Shown here: in pieces, positions 1 to 8,650 of the stretch
Numbering within the stretch: position 1 is the stretch's first letter
Layout of the letters: each line of letters begins with the position of its first letter
NCBI GenBank assembly: GCA_035651315.1
Contig: DASRFY010000211.1
Location: 148-64,147 of the forward strand
DNA from: Burkholderiales bacterium
Lineage (GTDB): Bacteria > Pseudomonadota > Gammaproteobacteria > Burkholderiales > Eutrophovitaceae
DNA length: 64,000 bases
Reading direction: 5' to 3'
Translations under genes and position numbers: made by a program
The notes under the pieces: model-generated
What the model was told of the DNA's origin: nothing
Databases searched by the model: none
The model's input: the letters and a program-made list of their open reading frames with translations, nothing else

Positions 1-2
1 TC

Positions 3-1076
3 AACGCCGAGGACCTCGACGCCACCGTGCAGGCGCGGGTGACCCGCAAGCAATTGAACGACTACATCCGCGACCAGGGCCTGTTCTTTCCGATCGATCC
101 CGGCGCCGACGCCTCGCTCGGCGGCATGGCCGCCACCCGCGCCTCCGGCACCAACGCCGTGCGCTACGGCACGATGCGCGAGAACGTGCTGGGACTGACC
201 GTGGTGCTCTCCGACGGGCGCGTCATCCGCACCTCGCGCCGCGCGCGCAAGTCCGCCGCGGGCTACGACCTGACGCGGCTCTTCGTCGGCTCGGAAGGCA
301 CGCTCGGAATCATCACCGAGGTAACGCTGCGCCTGTACGGGCTGCCCGAGGCGATGGCCGCGGCGGTGTGCTCCTTCGACACCATCGAAGGCGCGGTCAA
401 TACCGTGATCCAGACCATCCAGCTCGGCGTCCCGGTGGCGCGCATCGAGCTTCTCGACGACGTGCAGATGGATTCGGTGAACCGGTTCTCCAGGCTCGAC
501 TACCCGGTAAAGGACACGCTGTTCCTCGAGTTCCACGGCACCGAGGCGGGGGTGCAGGAGCAGGCGCAACTCGTGCAGTCGATCGCCGCTGACAACGGCG
601 GCGGCGAGTTCAAGTGGGCCACCAAGCCCGAGGAGCGCAGCAAGCTGTGGGCCGCGCGCCACGACGTGACCTACGCCAACAAGGCGCTGCGGCCCGGATG
701 CGAGATCTGGGCGACCGACGTATGCGTGCCGATCTCGCGCCTCGCCGAATGCATCACCGAAACCAAGAGAGATCTCGCGGGCAGCTTCCTGACCGCGCCG
801 CTGGTGGGCCACGTCGGCGACGGCAATTTCCATCTCGGTTTTCTGATCGACCGCAATAGCCCGAAGGAGCTCGAGGAAGCGGAGCGGCTCAACGAGCGCC
901 TGGTGATGCGCGCGCTGGCGATGGACGGCACCTGCACCGGCGAGCACGGCATCGGGCTCGGCAAGCAGAAATTCCTCATCGCCGAGCACGGCGAAGCGGT
1001 CGCGGTCATGCGCAGCATCAAGAAAGCGCTCGATCCCGACAACATCCTCAACCCCGGCAAGATCTTCACCCTGTAG
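3..1076 (+). CDS. FAD-linked oxidase, D-lactate dehydrogenase (cytochrome)/GlcD-like; 5-prime end lies outside the window
   Basis: The frame is open from the window edge. Translation of ORF 27..1076 carries FAD-oxidase hallmarks (GGMAATRASGTNAVRYGTMRENVLGL, GTCTGEHGIGLGK, LDPDNILNPGK). Confidence 0.8.
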   Translation, partial: NAEDLDATVQARVTRKQLNDYIRDQGLFFPIDPGADASLGGMAATRASGTNAVRYGTMRENVLGLTVVLSDGRVIRTSRRARKSAAGYDLTRLFVGSEGTLGIITEVTLRLYGLPEAMAAAVCSFDTIEGAVNTVIQTIQLGVPVARIELLDDVQMDSVNRFSRLDYPVKDTLFLEFHGTEAGVQEQAQLVQSIAADNGGGEFKWATKPEERSKLWAARHDVTYANKALRPGCEIWATDVCVPISRLAECITETKRDLAGSFLTAPLVGHVGDGNFHLGFLIDRNSPKELEEAERLNERLVMRALAMDGTCTGEHGIGLGKQKFLIAEHGEAVAVMRSIKKALDPDNILNPGKIFTL

Positions 1077-1159
1077 GCGCGTGCCCTGCGATTCGACGCG
1101 CGGTGCGCCTGCCTGCCCGCGCCGCGATTGCGCATGATCGCCGATCCGGAAATTACGCC

Positions 1160-2002
1160 ATGGCGCCGGCGGTGATGGCGGCGGTGCTGTTCAGCGCGGT
1201 GCTGCATGCCGCGTGGAACACGCTGATCAAGGCCTCGCGGGACAAGCAGACCGACGCGACGCTGGTATGCATCGCCGGCGGCCTGATCGCGGCCGCGGCG
1301 CTGCCGTTTCTGCCGTCGCCGCTGCCGGCAAGCTGGACGTGGATCGGCGCATCGATCGTCCTGCACGTGGCCTACTTCTCGCTGGTCGCGCGCGCCTACC
1401 GCTTCGGCGATCTGTCCTACGTGTATCCGTTGATGCGGGGCAGCGCGCCGCTCATCGTGGCGCTCGCCACCGCGGTGCTGCTGCGGGAACGCCTGTCGGC
1501 GGGAGAATGGCTGGCAGTGGGGATGCTGTGCGCCGGCGTGCTCACGCTCGCATGGGAGGCGCATGCCGCCCGCCCCGGCCACGGCACGGCCACCGTGTCC
1601 GCGATCGCGAACGCGCTCGTCATCGCGGCCTACACCGTGGTGGACGGCATCGGCGCACGCGCCTCCGGCGATGCGGCGGCGTATACGCTATGGATGTTCC
1701 TGCTCACCGCAGCGCCGCTGACCGCAATGGGACTGTGGCGCGACCGGGCTGCGCTGCGCGCGCGTGCGGCCCGAAGCTGGTGGCTCGCGCTCGCCGGCGG
1801 GGCGTGCACGGTCGGCGCATATACGATCGTGCTGTGGGCGATGACCCGCGCGCCGATCGCGCTGGTCGCGGCGCTGCGCGAGACCTCGGTGCTGTTCGGC
1901 ACGCTGCTGGGCGGCCTGGTGCTGCGCGAACGCCTGGGCGGCGTGCGCAGCCTCGCGGTAGGGTTGATCGCCGCCGGCGCGATCGCGCTCAAGCTGCTCT
2001 AG
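1160..2002 (+). CDS. EamA/DMT-family membrane transporter
   Basis: ORF 1103..2002 is hydrophobic with about 10 predicted TM segments and a duplicated EamA-like organisation. ATG at 1160 (MAPAVMAAVLFSAVLHAAWNTLIK) is a more typical N-terminus than GTG at 1103. Confidence 0.75.
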   Translation: MAPAVMAAVLFSAVLHAAWNTLIKASRDKQTDATLVCIAGGLIAAAALPFLPSPLPASWTWIGASIVLHVAYFSLVARAYRFGDLSYVYPLMRGSAPLIVALATAVLLRERLSAGEWLAVGMLCAGVLTLAWEAHAARPGHGTATVSAIANALVIAAYTVVDGIGARASGDAAAYTLWMFLLTAAPLTAMGLWRDRAALRARAARSWWLALAGGACTVGAYTIVLWAMTRAPIALVAALRETSVLFGTLLGGLVLRERLGGVRSLAVGLIAAGAIALKLL

Positions 2003-2016
2003 AAAAAACCGGCGAG

Positions 2017-2439
2017 TCAACCCTGGAAGCCGATCTCGCGGTGGCTGCCGTCGCAGAACGGCTTGTTCTTCGACGCCCCGCAGCGGCAAAAGGAGGCCTG
2101 CGCGCCGGACCAGGCGACCCTGCCGTCCGCCTCGCACACTTCCATTTCTCCCTGCGCGCGCAGCGGCCCGTTGGACCTGACCGACACGCGCAGCGCCGGC
2201 CCCGCCGCGCCCGGTTCGACCGCTTTCGGCCGATAGTCACGCGAGACCCGCACCGGGTCGCGAAAGCCGGCGGTTCTGTGGGAACCGTCGCAGAACGGCT
2301 TGTGCGAGGATTTTCCGCAGCGGCAGAGCCGGGCCTCGGAAGTCTTCTGAATGAGGGTGCCGTCCGCGGCGAAGATCTCGATCTCGCCTTCGACTTGCAG
2401 CGGACCGTCGATTTGCGGGTGAATCAGATTCCGGTCCAT
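2017..2439 (-). CDS. CDGSH iron-sulfur domain protein (two CDGSH motifs)
   Basis: The C-terminal 140 aa of the over-long ORF 2017..3753 start at an ATG (cat at 2437-2439). They contain CRCGKSSHKPFCDGSH and CRCGASKNKPFCDGSH. Confidence 0.85.
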   Translation of the reverse strand: MDRNLIHPQIDGPLQVEGEIEIFAADGTLIQKTSEARLCRCGKSSHKPFCDGSHRTAGFRDPVRVSRDYRPKAVEPGAAGPALRVSVRSNGPLRAQGEMEVCEADGRVAWSGAQASFCRCGASKNKPFCDGSHREIGFQG

Positions 2440-2474
2440 CGCTTCTTCCCCGGGCCCGGCGCCTTCCGCCGGCC

Positions 2475-3257
2475 CTATTGTGCCACCCAGCCGCCGTCGA
2501 TCGGCAGCGCGGCGCCGGTGATCGAGGCCCCGGCCTCGCCGGTCAGGAATACCGCCAGCGCGGCCACCTCCTCGATCTTCACGAATTCCTTCGACGGCTG
2601 GCGCTCGAGAATCACCTTCCTGATCACCTCCTCGCGCGGGATGCCGTGCACTTTCGCCTGGTCTTCGATCTGCTTGTCGACAAGCGGCGTGTGCACGTAG
2701 CCGGGGCAGATCGCATTGCAGGTGACGCCGGTGCCCGCGACTTCCAGCGCCACCGTTTTCGTGAGCCCGACCATGCCGTGCTTGGCCGCGATGTAGGCGG
2801 ACTTGAACGGCGAGGCGACCAGGCCGTGGATGGAGGCGATGTTGACGATGCGGCCGAAGCCGCGCCGCTTCATTCCCGGCAGCGCGGCCCGGATCGCATG
2901 AAACGACGACGACAGATTGACGGCGAGGATGTGGTCCCATTTCTCGATCGGGAACTCGTCCACCGGCGCGACGTGCTGGATGCCGGCGTTGTTCACCAGC
3001 ACGTCTACCTTGCCCAGCCGCGACTCGCAGTCCTCGACCATCGCGGCGATCTCGGCCGGCCGCGTCATGTCGGCCGGGTGGTAGAAAGCCTGCACCTTGA
3101 ACTGCGCTTGGATGGCGCCGCGCGCCTTGTCGATCTGCGCCGCATCGCCGAGGCCGTTGAGCGTCACGTCGCATCCCTGGGCTGCAAAGGCGCGCGCGAT
3201 GCCCAGACCGATGCCGCTGGTCGAGCCGGTGACGATGACCGATTTTCCTTTCAGCAT
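2475..3257 (-). CDS. bdhA: 3-hydroxybutyrate dehydrogenase (SDR family)
   Basis: Starts MLKGKSVIVTGSTSGIGLGIA (TGxxxGIG NAD motif). Has the catalytic YxxxK (SAYIAAKHG) and is close to full length versus BdhA proteins. ATG at 3255-3257. Confidence 0.85.
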   Translation of the reverse strand: MLKGKSVIVTGSTSGIGLGIARAFAAQGCDVTLNGLGDAAQIDKARGAIQAQFKVQAFYHPADMTRPAEIAAMVEDCESRLGKVDVLVNNAGIQHVAPVDEFPIEKWDHILAVNLSSSFHAIRAALPGMKRRGFGRIVNIASIHGLVASPFKSAYIAAKHGMVGLTKTVALEVAGTGVTCNAICPGYVHTPLVDKQIEDQAKVHGIPREEVIRKVILERQPSKEFVKIEEVAALAVFLTGEAGASITGAALPIDGGWVAQ

Positions 3258-3311
3258 CCGAGATCCCTCGATCCGATGTCGTCGCGCCGCCGGACAGTCT
3301 AGCAAAGCACG

Positions 3312-4418
3312 CTACAGCGCCGGGCGAGCGAAGTAGCCGGTCAGCTCGAGATAGCCGAGCCCCGCGATGCGACCGTTTTCCAGCGCGCGCACCGCGCCTT
3401 CCCAGTACACGGTGCCAGTGCTGGCGCGGGCATCGAGCTCCTGGTCGTCCATCAACGGCTGCAGGAGGAATACCCGGTCGCCCGCGCGCAGCCGCATCGC
3501 GACCGGATACTGCGCATTCGTGCGCGGCGAGCGCCAGCGGCGCAAAGCCTCGAACGCGATGTTTCGGCTCGACAGCCGGCGCACCCGACCCGCGGGCTCG
3601 CGCAGCGTGCCGGCCGCCCACAGCGTGGCGCCGTCCCGCGCGCGAATGCGGAATGCCATCAACGCGCCGCCGTCGCTCAAGTTGACGCCGGTCCAGTCCC
3701 AGCCCGCCGCTTCTGGCGCAAGGTATTCGCTGGACCATTCGTGATCGAGCCATGCCTGCCCTGCGACGCGCAGCCGCCTACCTTCGATCTCGATCTGCCC
3801 GCTCACCGCGAGGTGCGGGCGGCTGTAGTAATAGCTCGCCTGCGCCGGCTTGCGCCCTTTCCGGCTGTAGCCGGCCTCGCCCTGCAGCAGGATCGGCTGC
3901 GTGGCCTCGAAGCGCAGATCGAGCGTGAATTCGCGCGCCGCGACGCGGGCGAGATAACGCTCGCCTTCGCGGCGCAGCCGCCAGTCGCCGATGCGCACGT
4001 CGGTGTCGTTCTCCCGCGCGTAGGCAAGGCCGAACCCCTCGCGCGCCGCGCGCTGATCGTGGCGCAGCCGGCCGGCGCGAGGATCGGCGATCGCCGCGTG
4101 CGCGAACAAGAGCTGCTTCGGGGCGAACGCAGACGGATTGTCTTCCTGCACGCCCGGCCGGCTGCGGAAGAACGTGACCTGGAAGCCGAACTCGCTTCCT
4201 CCTTCGTCCCGCAGCCAGCCGGTGACGTACCACCACTCGGTGCGAAAGGCGGAGTGCGCGCCGTCGTCGCGCGGAAATTCCAGCCGGTATCCCGGCCGCA
4301 CCTCGGGAAAGTCTGCGCCTTTTCCGGTCGAAGGCCAAAGAAAGGAGAAACACAACGCAAAGCCCGCAAAGGAGCGCAAAGGTCGCAAAGAAAGGCAAGA
4401 TTTTGGAATGAACGTCAA
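3312..4418 (-). CDS. Lipocalin-like / CrtC (hydroxyneurosporene synthase)-like, AttH-like protein
   Basis: Motif DDGAHSAFRTEWWYVTGWL is typical of the AttH/CrtC lipocalin-like family. The gene lies immediately downstream of FtsX-type ABC genes. The only in-frame start upstream of the signal-like region is TTG at 4418, so the start is uncertain. Confidence 0.7.
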   Translation of the reverse strand: MTFIPKSCLSLRPLRSFAGFALCFSFLWPSTGKGADFPEVRPGYRLEFPRDDGAHSAFRTEWWYVTGWLRDEGGSEFGFQVTFFRSRPGVQEDNPSAFAPKQLLFAHAAIADPRAGRLRHDQRAAREGFGLAYARENDTDVRIGDWRLRREGERYLARVAAREFTLDLRFEATQPILLQGEAGYSRKGRKPAQASYYYSRPHLAVSGQIEIEGRRLRVAGQAWLDHEWSSEYLAPEAAGWDWTGVNLSDGGALMAFRIRARDGATLWAAGTLREPAGRVRRLSSRNIAFEALRRWRSPRTNAQYPVAMRLRAGDRVFLLQPLMDDQELDARASTGTVYWEGAVRALENGRIAGLGYLELTGYFARPAL

Positions 4419-4570
4419 TGCAGCGGCCTGTTATTGCATCGGAGCGTCAACAGGTCAATGTTGTCAGGTATTGCCATCGGTACGCGGGTGACGCCCGGAA
4501 ACATCTCCGTTTTCCCTGTTTACCTTTGCGACCTTTGCGCTCCTTTGCGACCTCTGCGTCCTGCTTTTGT
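4351..4570. repeat. Element A: long inverted repeat built from tandem CGCAAAG heptamers
   Basis: Perfect 26-bp arms at 4365-4390 (cgcaaaggagcgcaaaggtcgcaaag) and 4524-4549 (exact reverse complement), with a 133-nt spacer. The left arm holds 4 CGCAAAG copies at 4356, 4365, 4375 and 4384. An imperfect 10-bp outer extension spans 4355-4364 / 4550-4559. Confidence 0.85.
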
Positions 4571-4594
4571 ATTCGTCGCTTGGGCGCCTTCAGC

Positions 4595-7096
4595 TTACCA
4601 ATCTTCCTTCACCGCCTGCACCGCTTCGTCCGACATCGCCTGGCGGCCGCTCAGCACCGCGGTGAGCACTGCGGCCGCGAGCAGCGCGGCGACGAACGCA
4701 GCCAGCGCGCCGAGCGGCCAGTGCATCTCCATGCTCCAGTGAAAGGATTGCCGGTTGACGACGTAGACCAGGATCACGCTGATCGTCGCGCCGAGGATCA
4801 GGCCGATGGCCGCCGCCATCGCCGCGACGACCAGGCCCTCCAGCACGAGCATCGCGCCGATCTGGGTCCGGCTCACGCCGAGATGCCGCAGCATGCCGAA
4901 CTCGCGCCGCCGTCCGAACGCGCGCACGGCGAAGTTCGCCGACAGCCCGGCCAGCGCGATCACCATCGCCGCGCCTTCGAGCGCGTAGGTTACGGCGAAG
5001 GTGCGGTCGAAGATCGCGAGCGAGCGCGCGCGGATCTCGCCCGGCTGCGCGATCTCGAGCCGGTCTCCGCCCTCGATCGACGCGCGTACCGCCTGCGCCA
5101 CGGCGGCCACGTCGGTGCCGGCGGCCAGCCACAGCCCGGCGTCGTTCGCGGTCGCATCGCCGGTCAGGCGCCGGTAGGTCGCGCGCGAGATCGCGAGCGC
5201 GCCGTTCTGCCTGGCGTAGTCGCGCCACACGCCCGCCACCGCGAAACGATGGGCGGCGCCGCCGAGCGGCAGGCTCACTACCTGACCGATCTTCCATCGG
5301 AACTCGTCCGCCACGTACTCGCTCACCCACACCGGCGGCGCGTCGGGCGGCAAGGCGCCGGCGCTCTTCACCAGCGGGATGGATCGGGCGGGATCGCTCT
5401 CGTCCAGATCACGCGCCAGCAGGGTCACCCGCGGCAGCGCGGGATCGAGCAGGATCTGCTGCACGCGCAGGAATTCCACCCGCCGCACGCCGGGCAGCGC
5501 GCGAATGCGCTCCTGGGTCTCGGGCGGCAGATAGGCGCTGTCGCCCTTCGGCGCGGCACGCAGATACAGATCCGCGGGCAGCACGCGGTCGAGCCAGCCC
5601 TCGAGCGAGACGCGAAAGGAGGCCACCATGATCGCCATCGCCACCGTGAGGCTCACCGCCGCGACCAGCGCCGCCAGACCGACGCTCACCTGTGCCGACG
5701 CAGCGCGCAACTGGGCGACGGCGAGCCGCCGCCACGGGCTGCGCCCCTCCGGCAACCATCGCGCCAGCACGGCGGTGAGGCGGGGCGTGAGCAGGATCGC
5801 GCCCAGCAGCAGCAGCGCGATCGCGAGATAACCGGACAGCGGCAGGCCTTCGACCGCCGGCAGCCAGGCCAGCGCCACGCCGAGCAGGACCAGCACCGCT
5901 CCCGGCCAGGGCGATTCCGCGCGCTCGAAGGCGTGCAGCTCGTCGCCGCTTTTCAATGCCTGCGCGGGCGGGATGCGCGCCGCATCGAGCGCCGGCGCGA
6001 GACTGCCCAGCACCGCGGCCGCCGTGCCGAGCAGGAGGAACAACGCGGTCGCCAGCGGGTCGATGGCCGCGCGCGCCCGCAGATCGCGGAAATACCCCGC
6101 GCCGAGGTCCGCGCCGAATGCATGCAGCATGGCCACAGCAAGCGCCGCGCCCGCGGCGATGCCCGCCGCCGCGCCGGCGCCGCCGACGATCGCGCCCTCG
6201 GCGACGAGCATCCGCAGCAAGGCGCCGCGCGTCACCCCGAGCACGCGCAACAGCGCGAGCTGGGCGCGGCGGCGCACCACCGAAAGCGCCTGCGCGGAGA
6301 ACACCAGCAGGCCGCCGGTGAACAATGCGACCAGCGCGAGCACGTCGAGGTTGACGCGATAGGCGCGGGTCAGCCGGGCGTTCGCCTCGAGAGCGGATTG
6401 CGGGCGCTGCACCGCCACGCCGGCGGGCAGCAGGCGCGATATTCCGGCAGCGAAGTCATCCGCGTCTATACCGGGACGCAGGCGCAGATCGACGCGCGTG
6501 ACCAGGCCTTGGCGCGCGAAGAGCCGCTGCGCGGCGGCGATGTCCATCAGCGCATAAGCCTGCGTTCCCGCGCCGCCGCCCAGAATGCCGGCAAACCGAA
6601 GCTTCGCCTCGCGCAGCCCCGCCTGGAGCGCGACGTGGTCGCCGAGCGCGAGGCGCAGCGCACGCGCCGCGGCGGGAGAGAGGTAGAGGGTGTCCGCGCG
6701 CAGCGTGTCGAGCGGGTCGTCTTGCGGCTCGCTCTCTCGGGCGATGAGCGCCGGCTGCACCCCGGCTGCGCGGAACACGTCGATGCCGATCACGCGCAAG
6801 GTTTCGTCGCGGCCGGCAAGACGCGCTTCGATCTCGAGCGCCGGGCTCGCCTCGCTCACCTCGGGCAACGCCGCGACCTGCGCGTAGAGGCGCTCGGAAA
6901 AACCGGCGCGCGGCCCGCGCAGGCTTAACTCGGCTTCGCCCGCCAGCGCCGCCTCGCCGCGCGCCATTTCCTCCATCGCGGCGCGGTTGATGATCTGCAC
7001 CGCGTAGCCGAGCGCCACGCCGAGCGCGATCGCGGCGGCGGACAGCGCACCTCGCGTCTTGCCGCGCCAGAGCATGCCGGCGACGTGGGCGATCAT
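4595..7096 (-). CDS. ABC transporter permease, FtsX/MacB-like (duplicated FtsX domains)
   Basis: The true start is MIAHVAGMLWRGKTRGALSAAAIALGVALG, with ATG at 7094-7096 overlapping the upstream stop (ATGA). About 833 aa with two FtsX-type 4-TM modules. The longer ORF 4595..7531 N-terminus is Arg-rich junk. Confidence 0.85.
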   Translation of the reverse strand: MIAHVAGMLWRGKTRGALSAAAIALGVALGYAVQIINRAAMEEMARGEAALAGEAELSLRGPRAGFSERLYAQVAALPEVSEASPALEIEARLAGRDETLRVIGIDVFRAAGVQPALIARESEPQDDPLDTLRADTLYLSPAAARALRLALGDHVALQAGLREAKLRFAGILGGGAGTQAYALMDIAAAQRLFARQGLVTRVDLRLRPGIDADDFAAGISRLLPAGVAVQRPQSALEANARLTRAYRVNLDVLALVALFTGGLLVFSAQALSVVRRRAQLALLRVLGVTRGALLRMLVAEGAIVGGAGAAAGIAAGAALAVAMLHAFGADLGAGYFRDLRARAAIDPLATALFLLLGTAAAVLGSLAPALDAARIPPAQALKSGDELHAFERAESPWPGAVLVLLGVALAWLPAVEGLPLSGYLAIALLLLGAILLTPRLTAVLARWLPEGRSPWRRLAVAQLRAASAQVSVGLAALVAAVSLTVAMAIMVASFRVSLEGWLDRVLPADLYLRAAPKGDSAYLPPETQERIRALPGVRRVEFLRVQQILLDPALPRVTLLARDLDESDPARSIPLVKSAGALPPDAPPVWVSEYVADEFRWKIGQVVSLPLGGAAHRFAVAGVWRDYARQNGALAISRATYRRLTGDATANDAGLWLAAGTDVAAVAQAVRASIEGGDRLEIAQPGEIRARSLAIFDRTFAVTYALEGAAMVIALAGLSANFAVRAFGRRREFGMLRHLGVSRTQIGAMLVLEGLVVAAMAAAIGLILGATISVILVYVVNRQSFHWSMEMHWPLGALAAFVAALLAAAVLTAVLSGRQAMSDEAVQAVKEDW

Positions 7097-7776
7097 GCGA
7101 TCCGCGACGGAGCGTTCTCGACCAGGCCACGTGGGGTGAGCGTGAGCACGCGATCCGCGGTCGCCGCCGCCAGCGTGGAGTGGGTGACGAGGATGCCTGC
7201 GGCAGCGCCCGATTTGACCTGCGCGCGCAGCAGCTGCAGCACCTGCGCCGCGGTGTCCGCGTCGAGATTGCCGGTCGGCTCGTCGGCGAGCACCAGTTGC
7301 GGCCGGTGCACCAGCGCCCGCGCGATCGCCACCCGCTGCAGCTCTCCGCCGGAAAGTGTGGCCGGCATGTCCGCGCCGCGCCCGGCAAGCCCGACCGCTG
7401 CGAGCATCTCCGCGACGCGCCGCTTGCTTTCGGCGCGGGGAACGCCGAGCAGGTCGAGCGGCAGCGCGACGTTGCGCGCGACGTCCAGATACGGCAGCAC
7501 GTGGAAGGCCTGAAACACGAAGCCCATGCACCGCCTGCGCAGCAGGGTGAGCGCGTCGTCCGACAGGGCCGACAAGGGCTCGCCTTCGAGCAACACTTCC
7601 CCGGTATCGGGGCGATCAAGCCCGGCGATCAGATTGAGCAGCGTAGATTTGCCGGCACCCGACTCGCCCATCACCGCGAGGTACTCGCCGCGCGAGAGCC
7701 TTAAGTCGACGCCGTTCAGCACCGTGCGCGGGCGCGGGCCGTCGTAGGACTTGGTGACCGATCGAATCAGCAGCAC
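7093..7776 (-). CDS. ABC transporter ATP-binding protein (LolD/MacB-type)
   Basis: Walker A GESGAGKST, signature LSGGELQRVAIARAL, Walker B LVLADEPTGNLD. GTG start at 7774-7776 is inferred, because there is no in-frame ATG near the conserved N-terminus VLLIRSVTKSY. Confidence 0.85.
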   Translation of the reverse strand: MLLIRSVTKSYDGPRPRTVLNGVDLRLSRGEYLAVMGESGAGKSTLLNLIAGLDRPDTGEVLLEGEPLSALSDDALTLLRRRCMGFVFQAFHVLPYLDVARNVALPLDLLGVPRAESKRRVAEMLAAVGLAGRGADMPATLSGGELQRVAIARALVHRPQLVLADEPTGNLDADTAAQVLQLLRAQVKSGAAAGILVTHSTLAAATADRVLTLTPRGLVENAPSRIA

Positions 7777-7865
7777 CCGCGGATCATAACGCTTCGTCCG
7801 GCGGCGCCGCTCTCGCGCCGCGCAACCGCGGCGCGCGGCGCCTTGCAAAGCGCTGCTATACTCGC

Positions 7866-7982
7866 GGCTCCTTGGGGAGTAGCCGCCCTCCGGTGTCGTG
7901 GAGGGGGATGCGTCAACACACTCGACCTGGCGGTCGTGGCGCATCCGGCGCCGCAGCGCGGGCATGGCGAGACCAATGGCAG
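7866..7982 (+). promoter_or_regulatory. yybP-ykoY (manganese) riboswitch candidate
   Basis: Conserved blocks are present in the right order: cuuGGGGAGUAGcc (7871-7884), a CCCUCC/GGAGGG hairpin, GUCAACACA (7912-7920), and GGCGAGACCaaugg (7966-7979) closing P1 against ccuugg. It sits upstream of a UPF0016/GDT1 gene, a known riboswitch-regulated family. Confidence 0.65.
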
Positions 7983-8056
7983 CAGCGCCGGCTCGGGGCT
8001 CGGGCGGCGGTGCTCTGCCATCGGTCCACCGCTGCCCAGCCCACCGCATCCTGTTC

Positions 8057-8626
8057 ATGGAAGCCTTTCTCGTCTCCGCCGGCATCGTTGCGATCGGCGA
8101 AATCGGCGACAAGACCCAGCTGCTCGCGCTCATGCTCGCCGCGCGCTTTCGGCGGCCGGTCCCGATCGTTCTCGGCATCTTCTGCGCCACGCTCGCCAAC
8201 CACGCCGCCGCCGGCGCGGTGGGCGGGCTCGCGCGCGCACTGGCGAGCCCGGAGGTGTTGCGCTGGGGCATGGGCCTGTCCTTCCTCGCGATCGCGATTT
8301 GGGCGTTGTTTCCGGACCGGGTGGACGAAGCCGAAGCGGCCGCGACGTCGCGCCTCGGCGTCTTCGCGTTGACGGTCGCGACTTTTTTTCTGGCCGAGAT
8401 CGGCGACAAGACGCAGATCGCAACGGTCGTGCTGGCGGCGCGCTACGACTCGCTGGTCGCGGTAGTGGCGGGAACGACTTGCGGCATGTTGCTCGCCGAC
8501 GTGCCCGCGGTTTTGCTCGGCCAGGCGGCGGCGCCGAAAGTACCGCTCAAGGCGGTTCGCATGGTCGCCGCGGCGCTGTTCGCGCTGATGGGCGCGGGCG
8601 CGATCGCGGGCTTCAACATTCTCTGA
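8057..8626 (+). CDS. UPF0016/GDT1 (TMEM165) family putative Mn2+/Ca2+ exporter
   Basis: Two EIGDKTQ motifs (AIGEIGDKTQLLAL and LAEIGDKTQIATV), 189 aa, 6 predicted TM segments. ATG at 8057. Confidence 0.85.
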   Translation: MEAFLVSAGIVAIGEIGDKTQLLALMLAARFRRPVPIVLGIFCATLANHAAAGAVGGLARALASPEVLRWGMGLSFLAIAIWALFPDRVDEAEAAATSRLGVFALTVATFFLAEIGDKTQIATVVLAARYDSLVAVVAGTTCGMLLADVPAVLLGQAAAPKVPLKAVRMVAAALFALMGAGAIAGFNIL

Positions 8627-8650
8627 GCCGACGGTGCGCCGGGCGGCGCG

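Noticed and set aside
2017-3753. Over-long ORFs that fuse a real gene to upstream out-of-context sequence. Examples are 2017..3753, 36915..38438, 28489..30762, 7093..8409, 39337..40506, 16245..16979 and 45788..47947.
   Set aside because: Only the C-terminal parts show family-specific sequence. Internal ATG/GTG starts with an RBS or stop/start overlaps give canonical protein lengths, so the features were trimmed accordingly.
4408-4491. Small ORFs inside the loops of the hairpin elements. Loop A has a 27-aa Cys-rich peptide MNVNAAACYCIGASTGQCCQVLPSVRG (plus strand). Loop B has a 17-aa ORF at 14534-14587 (MKCVDSRSSDLNMEKRI) behind GAGGA. Both start at the shared GGAATGAA motif.
   Set aside because: The two peptides are unrelated in sequence, element C has no equivalent ATG, and the loop A ORF is antisense to its host operon. 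The shared 8-mer is more likely part of the element junction than a translation signal. It is worth re-checking if more copies are found.
7843-7862. TTGCAA and TATACT hexamers upstream of the riboswitch, which look like a promoter.
   Set aside because: The spacer between them is only 8 nt, so they cannot be a -35/-10 pair. TATACT alone is insufficient evidence.
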